Assembly: GCA_028023455.1 (NCBI GenBank)
Contig: JAQFVV010000006.1
Span: 11,842,001 to 11,906,000, forward strand
Length of the DNA: 64,000 nt
Direction: 5' to 3'
Origin: Epiperipatus broadwayi
Lineage: Eukaryota; Animalia; Onychophora
Below are positions 25,301 through 40,300 of this stretch, in pieces. Under the pieces are notes generated by a model, which ran no database searches, was not told the DNA's origin, and worked only from the letters and a program-made list of their open reading frames with translations. A program made the translations under genes and the position numbers. How positions within the stretch are numbered: position 1 is the first letter of the stretch; each line of letters opens with the position of its first letter.

Positions 25301-28300
25301 GTGTTGGAGTTTGATTTTACCTGATCTAAAAATATCTCTTTTCAATTTATTTATTATATGATTTCCTATCATTGGACAACAATATCACATCCAACGATTC
25401 GGAGAGCATTGAAGATGAATTCAGTGTTGCGGAAACAATATACCACAATCTTATTTTAATGAATGTTTAAGGTCCGTCACTCTGTTTAGCAACATATTAT
25501 GATAAAGGAATATTATGAAACACAAACATAAAGAGTATAATTTTCTTGTTTGTTTATTGTGAATTGCAGATTGAAACTGTTTTTGATATGAAACATAGTT
25601 CATTGGAGATTACCAATTCAGATTTTTTATTAAAAGTTTTTTTTTTTAATAATCATTGTTATTGCAAATTTTTTTTCTTCTATAAAGAGAACATAAATCC
25701 TATACAAACTCTTCAATAAGATTAGGTAATTATTAAAGTAATTTTTGTTCTGTAATTCTAAATGGTATTTACTTCGCTTTCTTTACATATTGTAGTCCTT
25801 GTAAACTTGTTATAAATAAGCGTTAAGAAAAGGTAAAAATAATTTAAGTTTAAAATTTATATTGCACTAAGCATGCTTTCGGCAAAGTACTGACAGAATC
25901 CTAGATCTCTTATTTCATAGTTAAAAATTGCGTCCTTAAATAAATGTACTTCGTTATATAAATACGACAGCACTATGATTCTGACAATATTCTGCCTAAA
26001 GCATGCTTAGCGCAATATAAATTTAAAATTTAATTATTTTATTCTTTCTTAATGCTCGTTTATAGTGAGTTTATAAAGATTAAAGTAATTTTTGAATTCA
26101 TAGATTATGAATTTTTGTATAAATTTCAAAGTGATGACAAGAAATATAAATTGTTGGTTGTAATTTATTTATAAAGTTAAAACTGATTTGACAATAAATA
26201 AAAGCATCTTTATCAAAAATATATATTAATAATTTTCATTTAAGAAAACAAAATCAAGCTAGGAAAAAAATGAATATATTATTTCAAGCAATTTGAAAAA
26301 GAAATTAATGAAAAAAAGAGATTTGAACTGGAATTTTGTTTAAAGAGAAAAATTCTGGGAAAATTGAAGGAGGAGACATTGAAACATTGATGAAAACGGG
26401 GAAGAAGAACAAAGATATGAAACATTTTATTCGAAAAAGTGGTAATATTTAGACAAGAGATTATTTAAATTTTTTTACTATCATAGGGTTAGATATCTAT
26501 CTCTTTTATTCATGAAAATACTTCTTATTAAATGGAAGGGAGATCAAAGCATCAGAGTTTATATCTAAATATTTAGTAGTAATATTTGTCTAACTTTACT
26601 GTTAGTATTATTTTTATTAAATTTGTTTAACATCGGTAATAATAAATGTTATATTTTTTACTGTAGGTACATAACAATAGTAGCCCAAAAACTTGGCGCA
26701 GTTTAGATTTAGAACCACCTAATACACACACGGGACGGCCATTGTTTAAAACGCAGCGGAGCAGTTCAATGCCAACTCCTAAAACTCAAAAAAGTGTAGA
26801 TTCCAGTGGCCAGAAGGGCCTGGGCAGCTATATTGGTCATATCAGCGAAACCTCTTCTATAGCCAGTAGAGATAGAAGTACCAGGGTTTCTTTATCACAT
26901 GAAAATAACATTTTACTGGATCCTGAGGTGCTGATCGAGTACCCTACACAGGCTCTACTGCTCACTGTGCTGGTAAGAAAATGGTTGTTGCATAAACTAT
27001 ATGCATATATAAACACACATATATCAATGTGTTCAACAGAATAATTACCTTTTAAAAACATTAATAGCCGAGCACCAGAATCCTGGCAAACAACGGTTTA
27101 AAAACACTAACAAATTATTCAAGAATCAAAATCCAGAGCATGCTTAGTTATATACTACTAACAATTAATAACGTCCAAGCCTCCTTAACTAATATTGCTA
27201 ATTCTAATAACATTGTAAATCAAAAATTTAATTGTGCGCTGAGCTTGCTTTGGAATTTTGATTTGCGAAATAACTTTTTTTTTTTTAACAGTTTGATTGC
27301 CATGATTCTGGTATAGTGCACTCAGCTATTAGTATTTTTAAAAATAAATGTTTAATACTTTAATATATGCATGTTTATTATTAAACCATCAAAGAACACA
27401 TGATCACCATTCTTTATGCTTACACAAGCTGTTTTTCACAGAGGCGTAACTTCATACAGTAGTGCCATTCAATGCAAATCAGAGTAATCAGTGGATGCAG
27501 GAAGGTTTGTGCCCAAAATCCCTTTCTAGTGCCTACTCACCCAATATCCCCAGACTAGTTTCTAGCTTGTGGATTTCATCAGTGAGAAGCCACTGCACTT
27601 AGAGTTTAGAATCTTCCTTATGCTACATCAGCCACACAGTAGATCCAAGATTCATCACTGATGAAAGCCACAAGCTAGAAACTGGTCTGGGAATATTGGA
27701 TGAATAGGTACTAGATAGGGATTTTATGCACAAACCTTCCTGCATCCAATGATTACTCTTGCTTGCACTGAGTGGCGCTACTGTATGAAGAGTTTTGCAT
27801 GCTTATTCTTTAAAGTTTAGGTAGAGTTTATTTCTATATGCACCCAATATATATATATAATCAAATGCAATATTATATGTAATATAGAGGATTGGAATTA
27901 ATCTTATAAAAATTTAATATACCGTTAAAGAAAAAATAAATAAACACTGGCTACAGATCCTTATTTTGTATTATTCATATATTAAATTTTATATTGTTGA
28001 CTTTGTTAAAATGTATAATAGTTTTTGTCTCATCTGTGACAAATTGGGTGAAATGTAACAGATAAATTTCTCTTACGTTTTTTATTTTATTTAAAATGTG
28101 TTATTTTTAATTAATTCAACATACAGTCTAAAGTCTTGAGCTTAAGGTTAATGAATTCTTATTATAAATCATAATGTGTGTTTACAATAATTCCATTGAT
28201 AAATGTATATTTCTTGCATTCTCTTGTATGAAGACTATTGTTTTTAGATAAATACTTCAATGGTTCAAAACATTACATTATCATCATTTCATATGCCTAC

Positions 28301-31300
28301 ACATGCTGTTAATAGGAATACTAAACTCTCGATACAGTAGTGCCACCAAGTGCAAGCCTTTGTAATCAGTGTATGCAAGAAGTGTGTGCATAAACTCTTT
28401 ATCTAGTGCCTATTCATCCAACATCCTTAGACTAGTTTCTAACCCGTGGTTCTCATCAGTGAAAGGCTTTGGATTTGAGAGCATTGCACCTAGAACTTAG
28501 GATCCAATGCAACCCTCCAGCAATTACCTATTTAGTGAGCTATAAAGCTAGGAGCCAAAGATGGAAATATCGTAATGTTTCCAACCCAAACTCATTTGCT
28601 TGTATAGTGATATAGATCTGAACTTAGTTCAGCCTCTATACATTTTGGTGTTTTTGGTTTTTCTAAAACCACTGTCACCATTATCCTACAGGCAGGATAG
28701 ATTTAAAACTATCAAAACATTACATGATTATCATTTCATATGCTTACAAATGCATTGATTACGAAGGTTTGCATTTTATGGCCTACTGTATGGAGAGTTA
28801 GGTAGCCTTATTAACAGCATTTGTAAGCATATGCAATGGCGATCATGTAATGTTTTGATGCTTTTATACCTATCCTGCTTATTGGATAATGGTGACTGTG
28901 GTTCTTGAAAAACAAAAGACACCAAGGTGTTTAGATGCTAAACTGAGTTCAGATATGTATGACTATGCAAAGAAATGAGTTTGTGTTGGAAACATCAAGG
29001 TGTTTACATCTTGGGTTCCTAGCTTTGGTAAAAGGTGACTGCTGGAGAGTTGTGTTGGAGTTTAAGATCTAGGTGCAGTGCTCTCAAATCCAAGCCTCTT
29101 TACTAATGAAAGTTACTAGCTATAAATTAGACTGGAGATGTTGGATGAATAGGCACTAGATAGGGATTTTTATGCGCAAATCTTCCTGCATCCAGTGATT
29201 ACAAAGGCTTACACTTGGTGGCATTGCTGTATGGAGAGTTAGTTACTCTGTTTAAGGCTCAGGCAGGATCTTTAGCAACAAGGGAATATACACATAAATG
29301 GAAAAATGTGATTGATTTAGTCTGCAAGTTGTATATGGAAAGCGTAGAAAATATAAGGCATCTGTTAATTGAATATAAATGCCTGCAAGCAGCAAAGGTA
29401 CAAATAATGAAGTTGTGAAAGAATAAATATAAACAAAATGATTATATAGAAAGTTAGTTTTTATGCTGAGTTTGGGAAAAGATCAGGGGGATTTAGATAT
29501 AAAGGTCATGGAGTTGACAAAGATTATGTCGTGGTAATGGGATGGAGCAAGATAGAGAAAAGTGTAGGAAAAAACTCATGGAAAGGAAAGGGAAGGTAAA
29601 GTGGCTAACTGATTTCTCTGCGCGTAGAGATTGAGACATTCCTATCTCCAAATAAGGAGAAGTCGCAATGCTTCGCATCTATAGTATTACTTTAAAGGTT
29701 GTAGTAATGATTATTATGCTGGAGATTGTTTCGTTATATTTATCTCCGATATGAAGTTTCAACTTCATTATAAAACATTTCTAATTAATTATAAATATTT
29801 TATCCTAATAAATGATTATGATAATATGTGTATCTAAAGATGATGGTCATCAAATGAAAGAGTGCAACGCTTGTAAATGGAATTTTAATAATGAACTATG
29901 GATAATAGTAGAATGGTTAGGAGGACATTTGTGAAGTGCCGTTACCGAGGCCATCTGAAGAGTCTGGTTCAACAGAAACACTTCTTGCTCACTTTTTTTT
30001 TCTGTTGCCTTCATTCGTTTGTCTGAAATGTCATGAATAAGAAGTGCTGGTCTTCAAATATATATTTACCATAATATTTCTGATCAAAGAAGAAAACATC
30101 CTAATAATTTCAATCATAGGAAAATAGAGAATTATATTAACAAATTGCTTCTACAATGTGACTCAATAACTGAAGATTGATATAAGCAAGTTTGAAGCAA
30201 AATTTTATCCGAATATGGTAATAGAATGGAAAGGATCATTAAGGAAATTGAGTTGATGGTATTATAGTGATCTCTATCCTTCCTTATTTGTCGATTGGGT
30301 GATGTACTCAGAATAATAATGATTTTGAGTAAATATAAATTAAAGCAATGTTGGTCTTGTCATGCATCTTATACATGTATCATCATCATTTTTGACCATT
30401 ATTGATCCATTGCAGGATGCAAGTATCTCCATATTTCAATCCGTTTTCTCCGATCTCTAGCCTCTTCTCTATATCATTCCCAACACACTTCCTTATTTAA
30501 TCTATCCTTCTCACATGTGGCCTTTTTCTAGGTCTTTTAAATCTCTGGGAATTCAGTTTAAGATTTCAGTTGTCCATCTATTATCTTCTCTTCTAGCAAT
30601 ATGTCCAGCCCAACTCCACTTCAGTCTTTTTAATTCTTTCAATGATGGCAGTAGCACCTCTTTATAATATATATATCAAAAGTGGATATTAATTTACGAT
30701 CGTTTATAAATATGAATTTTTTTTTTTTAATGGCAATAGAAAGTGGGGGGGTTTGCTACTCTATACTTATGCATATGTATTTATCTTAAAGTTCTGTACT
30801 CCAGGTAAAGTAACTAAGCAATAGAGTATTATGACAAAAGTTGTAATCCTTTTTATTATTTTAGTGTTTTCCATTGCTTGTCATTTTTAGAAAACAATTT
30901 GTTTTTACATTTCACATGTAATAATACATTCAGAGATTATGTATTTTGGGACTGTCCCCCCCCCCCCCAAATTATCTGTTTAAGCCGTGTAATCAATAGA
31001 CACAAAGTAGCACTGTTATGACTAGAACCACTGGGATTGATGTCTAGCTTTGGCCTTCATTAGTGCGGATTTAGAAATTTAAAATTGGAACTAATACCCT
31101 TTGGATTTAGCATCCATTTTCAATTCTTTTATACTATTCAAGTTAATAGTCTGTTAGCCAACAAAAAAAAAATCCCTAATACTTTGAATCCAACTTAAGT
31201 CATTTGTATAGTTAATTAGTCTGACACTGGAACTGTATTTTATTTTGTTGATTTTACTTATATGGTAAATGGAGGCCCCTTCTACCCTTTGGTTAGGAAA

Positions 31301-34300
31301 GTTAATAGCAATAAAATATCATACGAGTTTCTCATCTACTTTTTAAATGTATCTCCAAGAATAGTTAGTTCCCTTCGCCTTAAATATGATAAGATTAATC
31401 TGAGAAAGTTGTGTGATGTTTTGTTGACAGTAACTTCCTTAGCCAGGGATTTGCATAAACTGAGATCACTAAATGATGCCAGATCTGTATAGTTATATAT
31501 ATACAAGTTAGTGTAGGTTCAAAGTCTTCGTTGTTTTTTTTTAATTTCAGACCTTTGTCTTGAGTAATATAAACGAATTAAAAAAATGACTACTAGATAC
31601 ATATATGTGTTAATTTCAGTTTTGAATTTTAAGTGTTCAATGTCAAAGGCGAAAATTGAAAATGAGTCTTAGATATAGATATAACATTATTAATATCTAT
31701 TGTCCATTGATTACTAAATCCCATGATAGAGAGGAATGCTCTTAGGAAATGTATTAAGAGTAAGCCAAAGATTATACCTGACATTGTTTGAGATTGTTTA
31801 TGCTCATAAGTTAAGATATCAAATGTTTTTGCATTAGTATGTAATTACTTAGTTCATTGTATTATTATATTTAGGCCACTCTAGTGAAGAATACTGTTGA
31901 TGAAAATGAAACTCGGATACTATATGAATATTTAGCTGAGGCCTCCGTAGTTTTTCCGAAAGTATTTCCTGTGATGTAAGTATATTATAATTATTATTTA
32001 TGCTTTACATTTTATATTCACATTATTACTAGCATTGATTTATCTTGGCCCTTTTTCTCTAACATTTGAACATTATTGTTAAATGCTGTCACATTTCTGT
32101 CAAAGGAATAAAGACATTGGGAAAAAGTATATACTGAAATGCATTTTTGCCTCAGCAGCATTTTCACTTGTCCAAGTCAAAAGACTATCCCAAACCCCTT
32201 CGTCACTATTACATATACTTGTAAGTAATTTGTTAAAAGGTTTATAATGATTTTAACGAAATTTAAAGTCTGGGATTGGCTAATAGCATTATAATAATCT
32301 CTAGCTTAACAATTAATTACTAATAAACAATGATGTATTTATCTAAACGTTGCCCATCATCATTAAGTCCATAGAGAAAATTATAATGCTTGTATATTAA
32401 ATCATGGTAATATGATAAAGGCATTTTAGAAGGATAATATGATCTGGGTTAGTTGATAACTCTAGTTCACGAGAAATGAATATTGCAAGTTATTTATCTT
32501 TATTCCAATATTTCTATTCATTTTTTAAAAGTGTGATTATGTTAAACTGCAGTTTTCAAATATGTATTCATATATTTTATACATATGTAGAGAAAAATGG
32601 TTTTGGGTTAAATGAATAAAACTAAAGAAAAAATGTAATAGTTTATGACTCAGAAGGCTGTGTATCGGAAGTGATAGGGTGGAGCTGCAAGTTGTGGGTG
32701 TTTAGCTCTGTAATTTGCGACCTGCCACTGTAATAAATCACACTGGATATGAAGGTTGAAGATGTAACAGCCCTTAACCTAATGAAGAATTATTAATATG
32801 TATTTTTCTACTATATGCTGATATTCAATGAGTCTTTCTGGTAAATTATAGGTTAATTTGCAGCAATAAAAATAATATATATGGGTTTAATTATTTGGTG
32901 AAAAAACTGATTGAGCCCAGGGATTGTCAATTAATAGTAATTGCTAATATCTAGCAACATCAAAAACTAAAAGTTATCTCTGTTTACCTGGATATTATCA
33001 CCTCATTTTTATTCTTTATTACTCTATTTATTTTTATATAAAAATCAGTACTCTTAATCTCTTTTTTTAAAAAGTGTAATTGAAATCTTTTTTAGAACTG
33101 TTCACTAATAGAAAGAAATTTATATGGTGTTTATGTTTATTAGGCTTATTATTTTATAGATATTTATTTAAACATATATATATAATTTAAAAGTTTATGC
33201 ATATATTTGCATATTTACTATATTGTACTGTAATAGAATCATTGTGGAAATGCAAAATTTTAGTTTATATAAAATTAAAATTCATTGCATTTTGTACAAG
33301 ATATTTTAAGAACAGGGTTTGTTAAAGTAAATATGTATTTAATGTTAACTTATAAGTATTAAATGTACTTTATTGTTAAGAAGTGAGTGACTTAAGTTAT
33401 TGAGAATAACAACAATATTTATAAATTGTTGGCAGTTTTAATAAAAATATTCAAGTTTTGAATGTGAAACTGACCAAACTGAAAGAATTGTAAGACAAAT
33501 ACCTCTTCAGTATGTAAAAAAAGCTTCTAAATTTTCTACTCTTTTAGAACACACAGATAAAGACATTTTCAAAAGTAAATGATCTCTAAGATGCATTTCT
33601 GGCATGCTGTCATTATTTGGCTCAGATCGTTACCCCATTTTCATTATCATAGTTTGCTATTTATCCATAGAAAAATAATATAATTTCTAAGTGCAATATT
33701 ATTTGAATGCACTCATTTTGATGATGATGTTTGGAATAAAAATTAAGCAATAAATTATTAATTTTTCAACCAAGCTATAAACTTTTAAACTCAATCCAAG
33801 ATCAAAATGTCGGTTAATAAATCCAACTTGAATATATCATTTGTACATTCATTTCGATTAGGCAGTAAATTATTGTTTAATTTTTAAGCCCAGATTTAAA
33901 TTTTAGACTCAATCAAAAATTGATAGACACATCAATTATTAAATATCAGTGCAAATATTATTAATTTAAACCCCTCTTCCATTGAGTGATATTTTCAATA
34001 CATAAATTCAGTACACTTTTAAAACATATGGATAAAGTTATATTTAAAAAGCAAATACACCTGGGTCTCTTTTTACGCGGACTTATTTAACACGATTTTG
34101 AAGTTACGCGATTCGTGTTTCACCGGAAGTCGACCTCCGATAATGCGCTATTACTTTAAATAAAAAATTTCGCGCATTTACGTTATATTGAAAGTAATAG
34201 CACATTATTGGAATTCTACTTTTATCTTAGTAATTTCAATATTTTCAGTGCTTTATAATAGTAAGATTTTATGCAATAATGAAATTAAAATCATGATTTC

Positions 34301-37300
34301 CACATTTTATGTATACACACATTAAATTTTACAAGATTATAATGTAAATTTGTTCAAACATTGTGCGTGTTAATTTTGCATTTTAAAGCACATTCTGTTT
34401 TTGCTTTTTAAAAAAGAACGTAATCAATTATTAATCATTTAGTGTCCACAAGTTTATTTTTAAAAGGTCAGTAATAGCAGTGGGCACAATTAAAAATTAA
34501 AATCTCATTTTTAATTGTAATTAACAATTTAAAAATTATTTACGGGCGACTTGAAATTAATGTGATGTAAAACGAAATTTGATTTTTAAACGGAATTGAA
34601 AATTAAAGACAAAAATAAGAATTTAATTTTTAGTTGTTAGTTTTAATTAAATTTTTCCCAGCAGTGGTGAATAAATGTCTTTTTATTATCATAAGTCTAA
34701 GTTCATAAACAATTAATAAAATCATCGTCGTCGTCAACAGAAAACCATTAATACAACATGAGAGTGAACTTGCCGCTAGTTGTATTTCCTCTTGTGAGAA
34801 TAATTGCTGAGATATTCTTGACCTCGTTTAAGGAGAAGCCAAATACATCACATCACATGAGAATCAGATTTTTTACTAGTTTGCAAACGAACGTGCTTTT
34901 GTGCAAATAGCGATAATAATTAAAACGTGTATAAAAAAATGTAAATTACTGTACTGTAAATTATGCATAAAAATATATTATTTTGAATAAAATTAAATAT
35001 TATAGTTAAAAAAAGTTTGTCTTGTATCATTTTTTTTCAAATTTGAAATTTTTTATTAGTCATATTTTATTTCCTTATTTTTTTTTTTGCGTGAATTTTA
35101 AAGTAATTTTACGTTGGTGCTTTGCTTTTACGCGAATTATGAAAAATCACAGACCACATCCCCCCCTTTTCAATGTAAGTTACATCTATTTTTGCCTGAT
35201 TTCGTTTGCGCGTGTTTTCTGAGGAACCTATCTATCGCGTAAAACGAGACCAAGGTGTAGTTTGAAAATCCTTTGTTTATCTATTCCCTTCCCCACCAGT
35301 CAGGTTATTTTGTGAAATATACATTTGATAAATTGTCAATAACTGACATTTTAAAATTTATTATTTCTTCCAACTGAACTAAGTTATTTCCATTGCCCTG
35401 ACAAAATGAATCAGATGATAGCAAGTAATTATGTAATGACCAATGTATGGGAAATGAGTAGATATGTATTTTGGAAAATTGGATTTGAAGCATATGTTTT
35501 CACTCCTGTAAGTGAATCTGCATTATGGAGTTCTATCACAACTTCGCAAGGATTTCTATGGCTGACATTTTATTCCAACAGGTGGATGTTCTAAAAGTTT
35601 ATTTCACGTTGACAAAATCTAGAATGTCAATTCGTTTTTTGAAATAATGTCCAAGTATGGAACAAAATTTAGAGAAAAATTCTAATTCAGCTGCAATCAA
35701 ATAATATATAAAAAATTTTCAGTTGTCAAGTTGCAATAAGATGCAACCATTTTTATTTTTATTTTTTTGGAAACAACAAATCAAAAACATTACCATCATC
35801 ATCAACCATTATCAATCCACTGCAGGATGAAGGTCTCCCCAAGTTCAATCCATTTTTTCCTATCTTTAGCTTACATGTGATCTCTTTCTGGGTCTTTCAC
35901 AATCTCTTGGAATCCAGTTTAAAATTTCAATTGTCCATCTATTATCATCTCTTCTAGCGATATGTCCAGTCCAATTCCACTTCAGTCTTTTAATTTTTTC
36001 AATGATGTCAGTAACACCTATTTATTCTCTTACCCATACATTGCGTTTTTGATCTCTTCTTGTTATTCCCAACATGCATCTCTTCATACTTCTTTGAGTG
36101 GTCTGAAGTCTCTGTATTGCTCTTCTACTAAGTGTCCAAGTCTCAGATCCATAAGTAAGAACTGGCAAAACACATTTATTAAAAACCTTCCTTTTCAAAC
36201 ACATAGGCATATTTCCTTTTAGTATCAAGTTATTTCTACCAAAAGCACTCCAACCAAGTTTAATTCTATGATTAATTTTATCCATTTTGTTTCCATCTGT
36301 ATTAATAATCTGACCAAGGTATTTGTAACTGTTAACTTCTTCTAATTCATCAAAATCAATCTTTATTTTCATATTTTGAGAAAATCCATTAAACATTACT
36401 TTAGTCTTTTTAACATTTATCTTTAGTCCTACTTTCATCTGATAACTCCTGCAACATTTTCTGTAGCCTTAAAGCATTATTTGCAAAAACAACTACATCA
36501 TCTTCAAAATCTAAATGACTTAAATAATCTCCATTTACTTTCACTCCTTTAGCTTTCCATTTTAATCCACAAAATAATTCTTGCAGCACTGCTGTAAAAA
36601 GTTTGGAGATATGGAGTCACCCTGTCTTACACCCTTTTCAATGTTGATTTTCCTACTATCATTATGTAATCTAATTGTTGCTGTTGCATTTTTATAAATA
36701 TTCTTTAATATATGACAATATCCTGGATCTACACCTTGATAATCCAATGCTTTAATCACTGAAGAAATGTTTATAGAATCAAATGTCTTTTCATAATCTA
36801 CAAATCCTAAGCATAATGGCAACTCATATTCATTTGTCCTTTCTATAACTTCTCTCAATACCTGGATATGATCTACTGTACTAAAACCACTTTTAAATTC
36901 AGCTTATACTCTTGGTTGGTGGAAATCCAGATTTTCTGTAGACGAGTTGTTTATAAAACTGATAAAAGACTGATAGGTCTGTAATTTCTAATATCTTCTT
37001 TATCACCTTTTTTAAATATTAATATTAATACTGCATTTTTCCAATCATCTGGTACATCTTTATCATTTAGACATTTGGTATATAACTTTGCTAAAAATTT
37101 TTTTATTTTTTCACCTGCTTCTTTTAATATATCAATTATAATTCCATCATTACCTGGAGTCTTCCCTTTCTTCATAAATTTAATTGCATGTCTCACCTCC
37201 TCATTCAAAATTCTGGGCAATTTTGAGTATATAATAGGTATAGGAGGCACTTGTTCTTTAATACTATATAATTCTTGATAGAAGTCTTCTACACATTTCA

Positions 37301-40300
37301 TGATGTCATCTCTCTTTTTAGTAATAATGCCATCTTTTTTTCTTATTGCAGATATAAATTTTCTATTAATACCAAAATGTTGTTTTACACTTTTTTAGAC
37401 TTTTATTCTCTTCTACAGCTTTCCTTGCTAGTTCACAATTATACTTTCTTATATCATTTTCAATTCTTTTCCGCACCATTTTACAAAATTCGAGATATTC
37501 AATCTTTTTTAATGCATCATTGTTGTATTTTCTCATATTCCTTCCTTTTTTTCATAAATTCTCTAGTCTCAGTAGAAATTTTATTGCTCAATTGGTGCTT
37601 TTTACCAGCTATCTTTGTTGCAATTTTTAAAAGTGTTTCAGTTATTTTCCTATTAATGTCGTTCAAATCTGAATCATGTTCAAAATCTACTAATACTTGA
37701 AACTGATTTGTAAGTTCTAATTTAAATTCATTAGAATGTTTCTGAAGATTAGGAATATCAACTGTAAATATTGTTTTTTTTTAATAATTTTTGTCTCTCT
37801 AGTTTTGCATTAACATGTATCTTACATCTTACTAATTGATAATCACTTCCTGTGTTAAATTTATCAAGAACATTACAGTCTTGAAACATGTATTTTCTGT
37901 TAGTCAAAATATAATCCAATTCTGGTATACCTTCATTTGGATGCTTCTATGTCCATTTCCTTTTAACATTTTTTTCAAAAAAAGAATTCATAATATAAAG
38001 TTTTTCTTTTTCTGCAAACTCCACAAGTCTATGTCCTCTCTCATTTCTATTACCATAACCAAAATTACCTACAGCATTTTCATCTTTCATTTGTTTACCA
38101 ATTCTAGCATTAAAGTCCCCCATAACAATTTTAAAATGTTGTTTACTCTGATCTAAAAGCCTTTTGTACATCCATATAAAAATCTTCTACTGCTTAATCA
38201 CTATGAGAACTGGTTGGGGCGTAAAGCTGAATTATCTGCATTTGGTATCTGCTTTTAAGTTGTATAACTAATCTTGCCACTCTGTCCGATACACCATCAA
38301 TCTCCACAATGTTATTCTTCCATTTTTTATTTATAATGAATCCTACTCCACTCGTATTTCCAATAGTTGTGCCTTTATAATAGAGTATATGTCCACTTTT
38401 TAAATCAAATGTTTCTTCACCTTTTCTTCTAACTTCACAAAGTCCAATAATGTCCCATTTAATATAAGACCTGGATCTTTTTCGTAAAAATTTTTGTATT
38501 GGTTTTAAATATAAAAGTTTACATCACATAATATTGATATCAAGTATTATAATTATCTTCATCATTATTACTGTTATTATTCTTAGTTAGTCTGAATAGT
38601 ATGCTGCTAGGCACATAAGTACTTAAATTCCAGGTTTGAATTTTAGTCTTCACTAACAGAGGAAAAGGCTGATCTGAAGATGGAATGATATAGCATTATG
38701 TCATCTAATGGCCAATATTTGAAGCTTGCAGTTCAGTGCATCATCTTTATTAATAAAAGAAATTTCTGTTTATGTTGAAAGCACATAAATTTTATTCTTT
38801 TTATTCTTTCTGAAATTTGATGGGTAGTATTTCGTGTAGTGAATTTTTTTTATAAAGCATAATGCTAAAAGTTTTACAAAATTTATGAACATATGTCTTA
38901 AAAACATTGCAACAATTAGAGAGAATGTAGTTTCTTAATAATGAGACTATTATTACTTTTCTTTAAGAGAAAAGAATTATTGAAAAATAAGGATATCGTT
39001 CAGAGCATACTAAATTGAAATGAAAGTTAAACATTTCACTATTCTTTTTACTTAAAAAAATTACAAGCTTATAGTACATTATTATTTTTTTTCCAGTGAA
39101 TAAATGAGTAAATGTGTTTCCTCAATTTTTTTTGATTATATATATTGTACCAACATTGAATTGGTACATAATAATTTTATCTAAAAAATTATTAAAATAA
39201 AGATCTTTCGTAAAAGAAAAAGAAAACGTAAAATTAAAAGTTTAAGAGTTTTACTGCAGTTCGTTTAGTAAACATATAAGTCAAAGAGTTTTAAAATAAA
39301 AGTTGCAATTAATTAATTAGAAACGTCAAACTAAAAGTTTTGAGTTTAAAGAGTTTGCATATTATTATTATTAGTTGAAATATAATTCAAGTTTAAAATA
39401 TAAATCTCTTTATTTAAATTAAAGAAAAAAAAAGAAGTAATCTTGAAATAGTTTTGATTTTAGAATAGTAAAATATATATGTGCGATTGTCAATAATAGA
39501 ATAAATGTATGCGTAATAAATGTTATTATAAATAAATGAAAGTTAAAAATTTAAAAAACACCGCGATGACTATTAAGTTAAAGAAATATAAAACAACACG
39601 TTTGCATGGCCACTACTAATTAAACGATCTTCAAAAACATGAGATTATCAAAAGAATTTCGACAACAGATATTGCCAGAGGATATTAAAAGGTCAACATG
39701 TCGTAGGTATAAATAGCCAATTTTTTACCGGACATTCAGTCGAGTTAATTGTTTCAGTTCAGATAACAGTTCAGTTTATTATGTATCCAGAAACAAAAAT
39801 GCAGTGCTGAGCAGCTTTTGGGAACATACGATCTTACTTCAGCCCTTAGTCCAGTGAAACCTGCCCGTGAAAATAATGTCTGCGTAATAGCTTGAAGAAT
39901 CTCAGTCAATATCTAATTGTCTCCAATAATAATAAAAATGAATAATAATGAAACTCCTCAAGGAAACGTCCCAGCTGGCTGAAAATATTCGTAATGGAAG
40001 CAGCAACCAAGAAGAAAACAAAGTTCTAAATCTACCAAGAAGAAAACAAAGTTCTAAATCTACGTTCAAAATCCTAGGTAGAACATTTTCTTATTTTCAT
40101 TTATACAGTAGCCATCACATTCGTAAACATTCATGAATCCTCCCAGATCATAATTATATGAACTAGATCTACAGCACATAAACATGAACTATTAATTTGT
40201 GTGTTTTAAATATATGTGTTCAAGTTTCAAATACTATTTAATGATTTATTATTATTATGTGAGTGTATGAGTTAAATATGTGCGTGATAAAAATACCAAT

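Noticed and set aside
29955-29980. ctgaaga-gtctg-gttcaa-cagaaac hammerhead-like string; similar weak hits at about 25409, 38674 and 45580
   Set aside because: Core incomplete and no helix I or III; at most relics.
37275-38156. Plus-strand ORFs of 141 and 106 aa; also 7964..8314, 37075..37278 and 58618..58914
   Set aside because: Antisense shadows of RTE or Penelope coding sequence.
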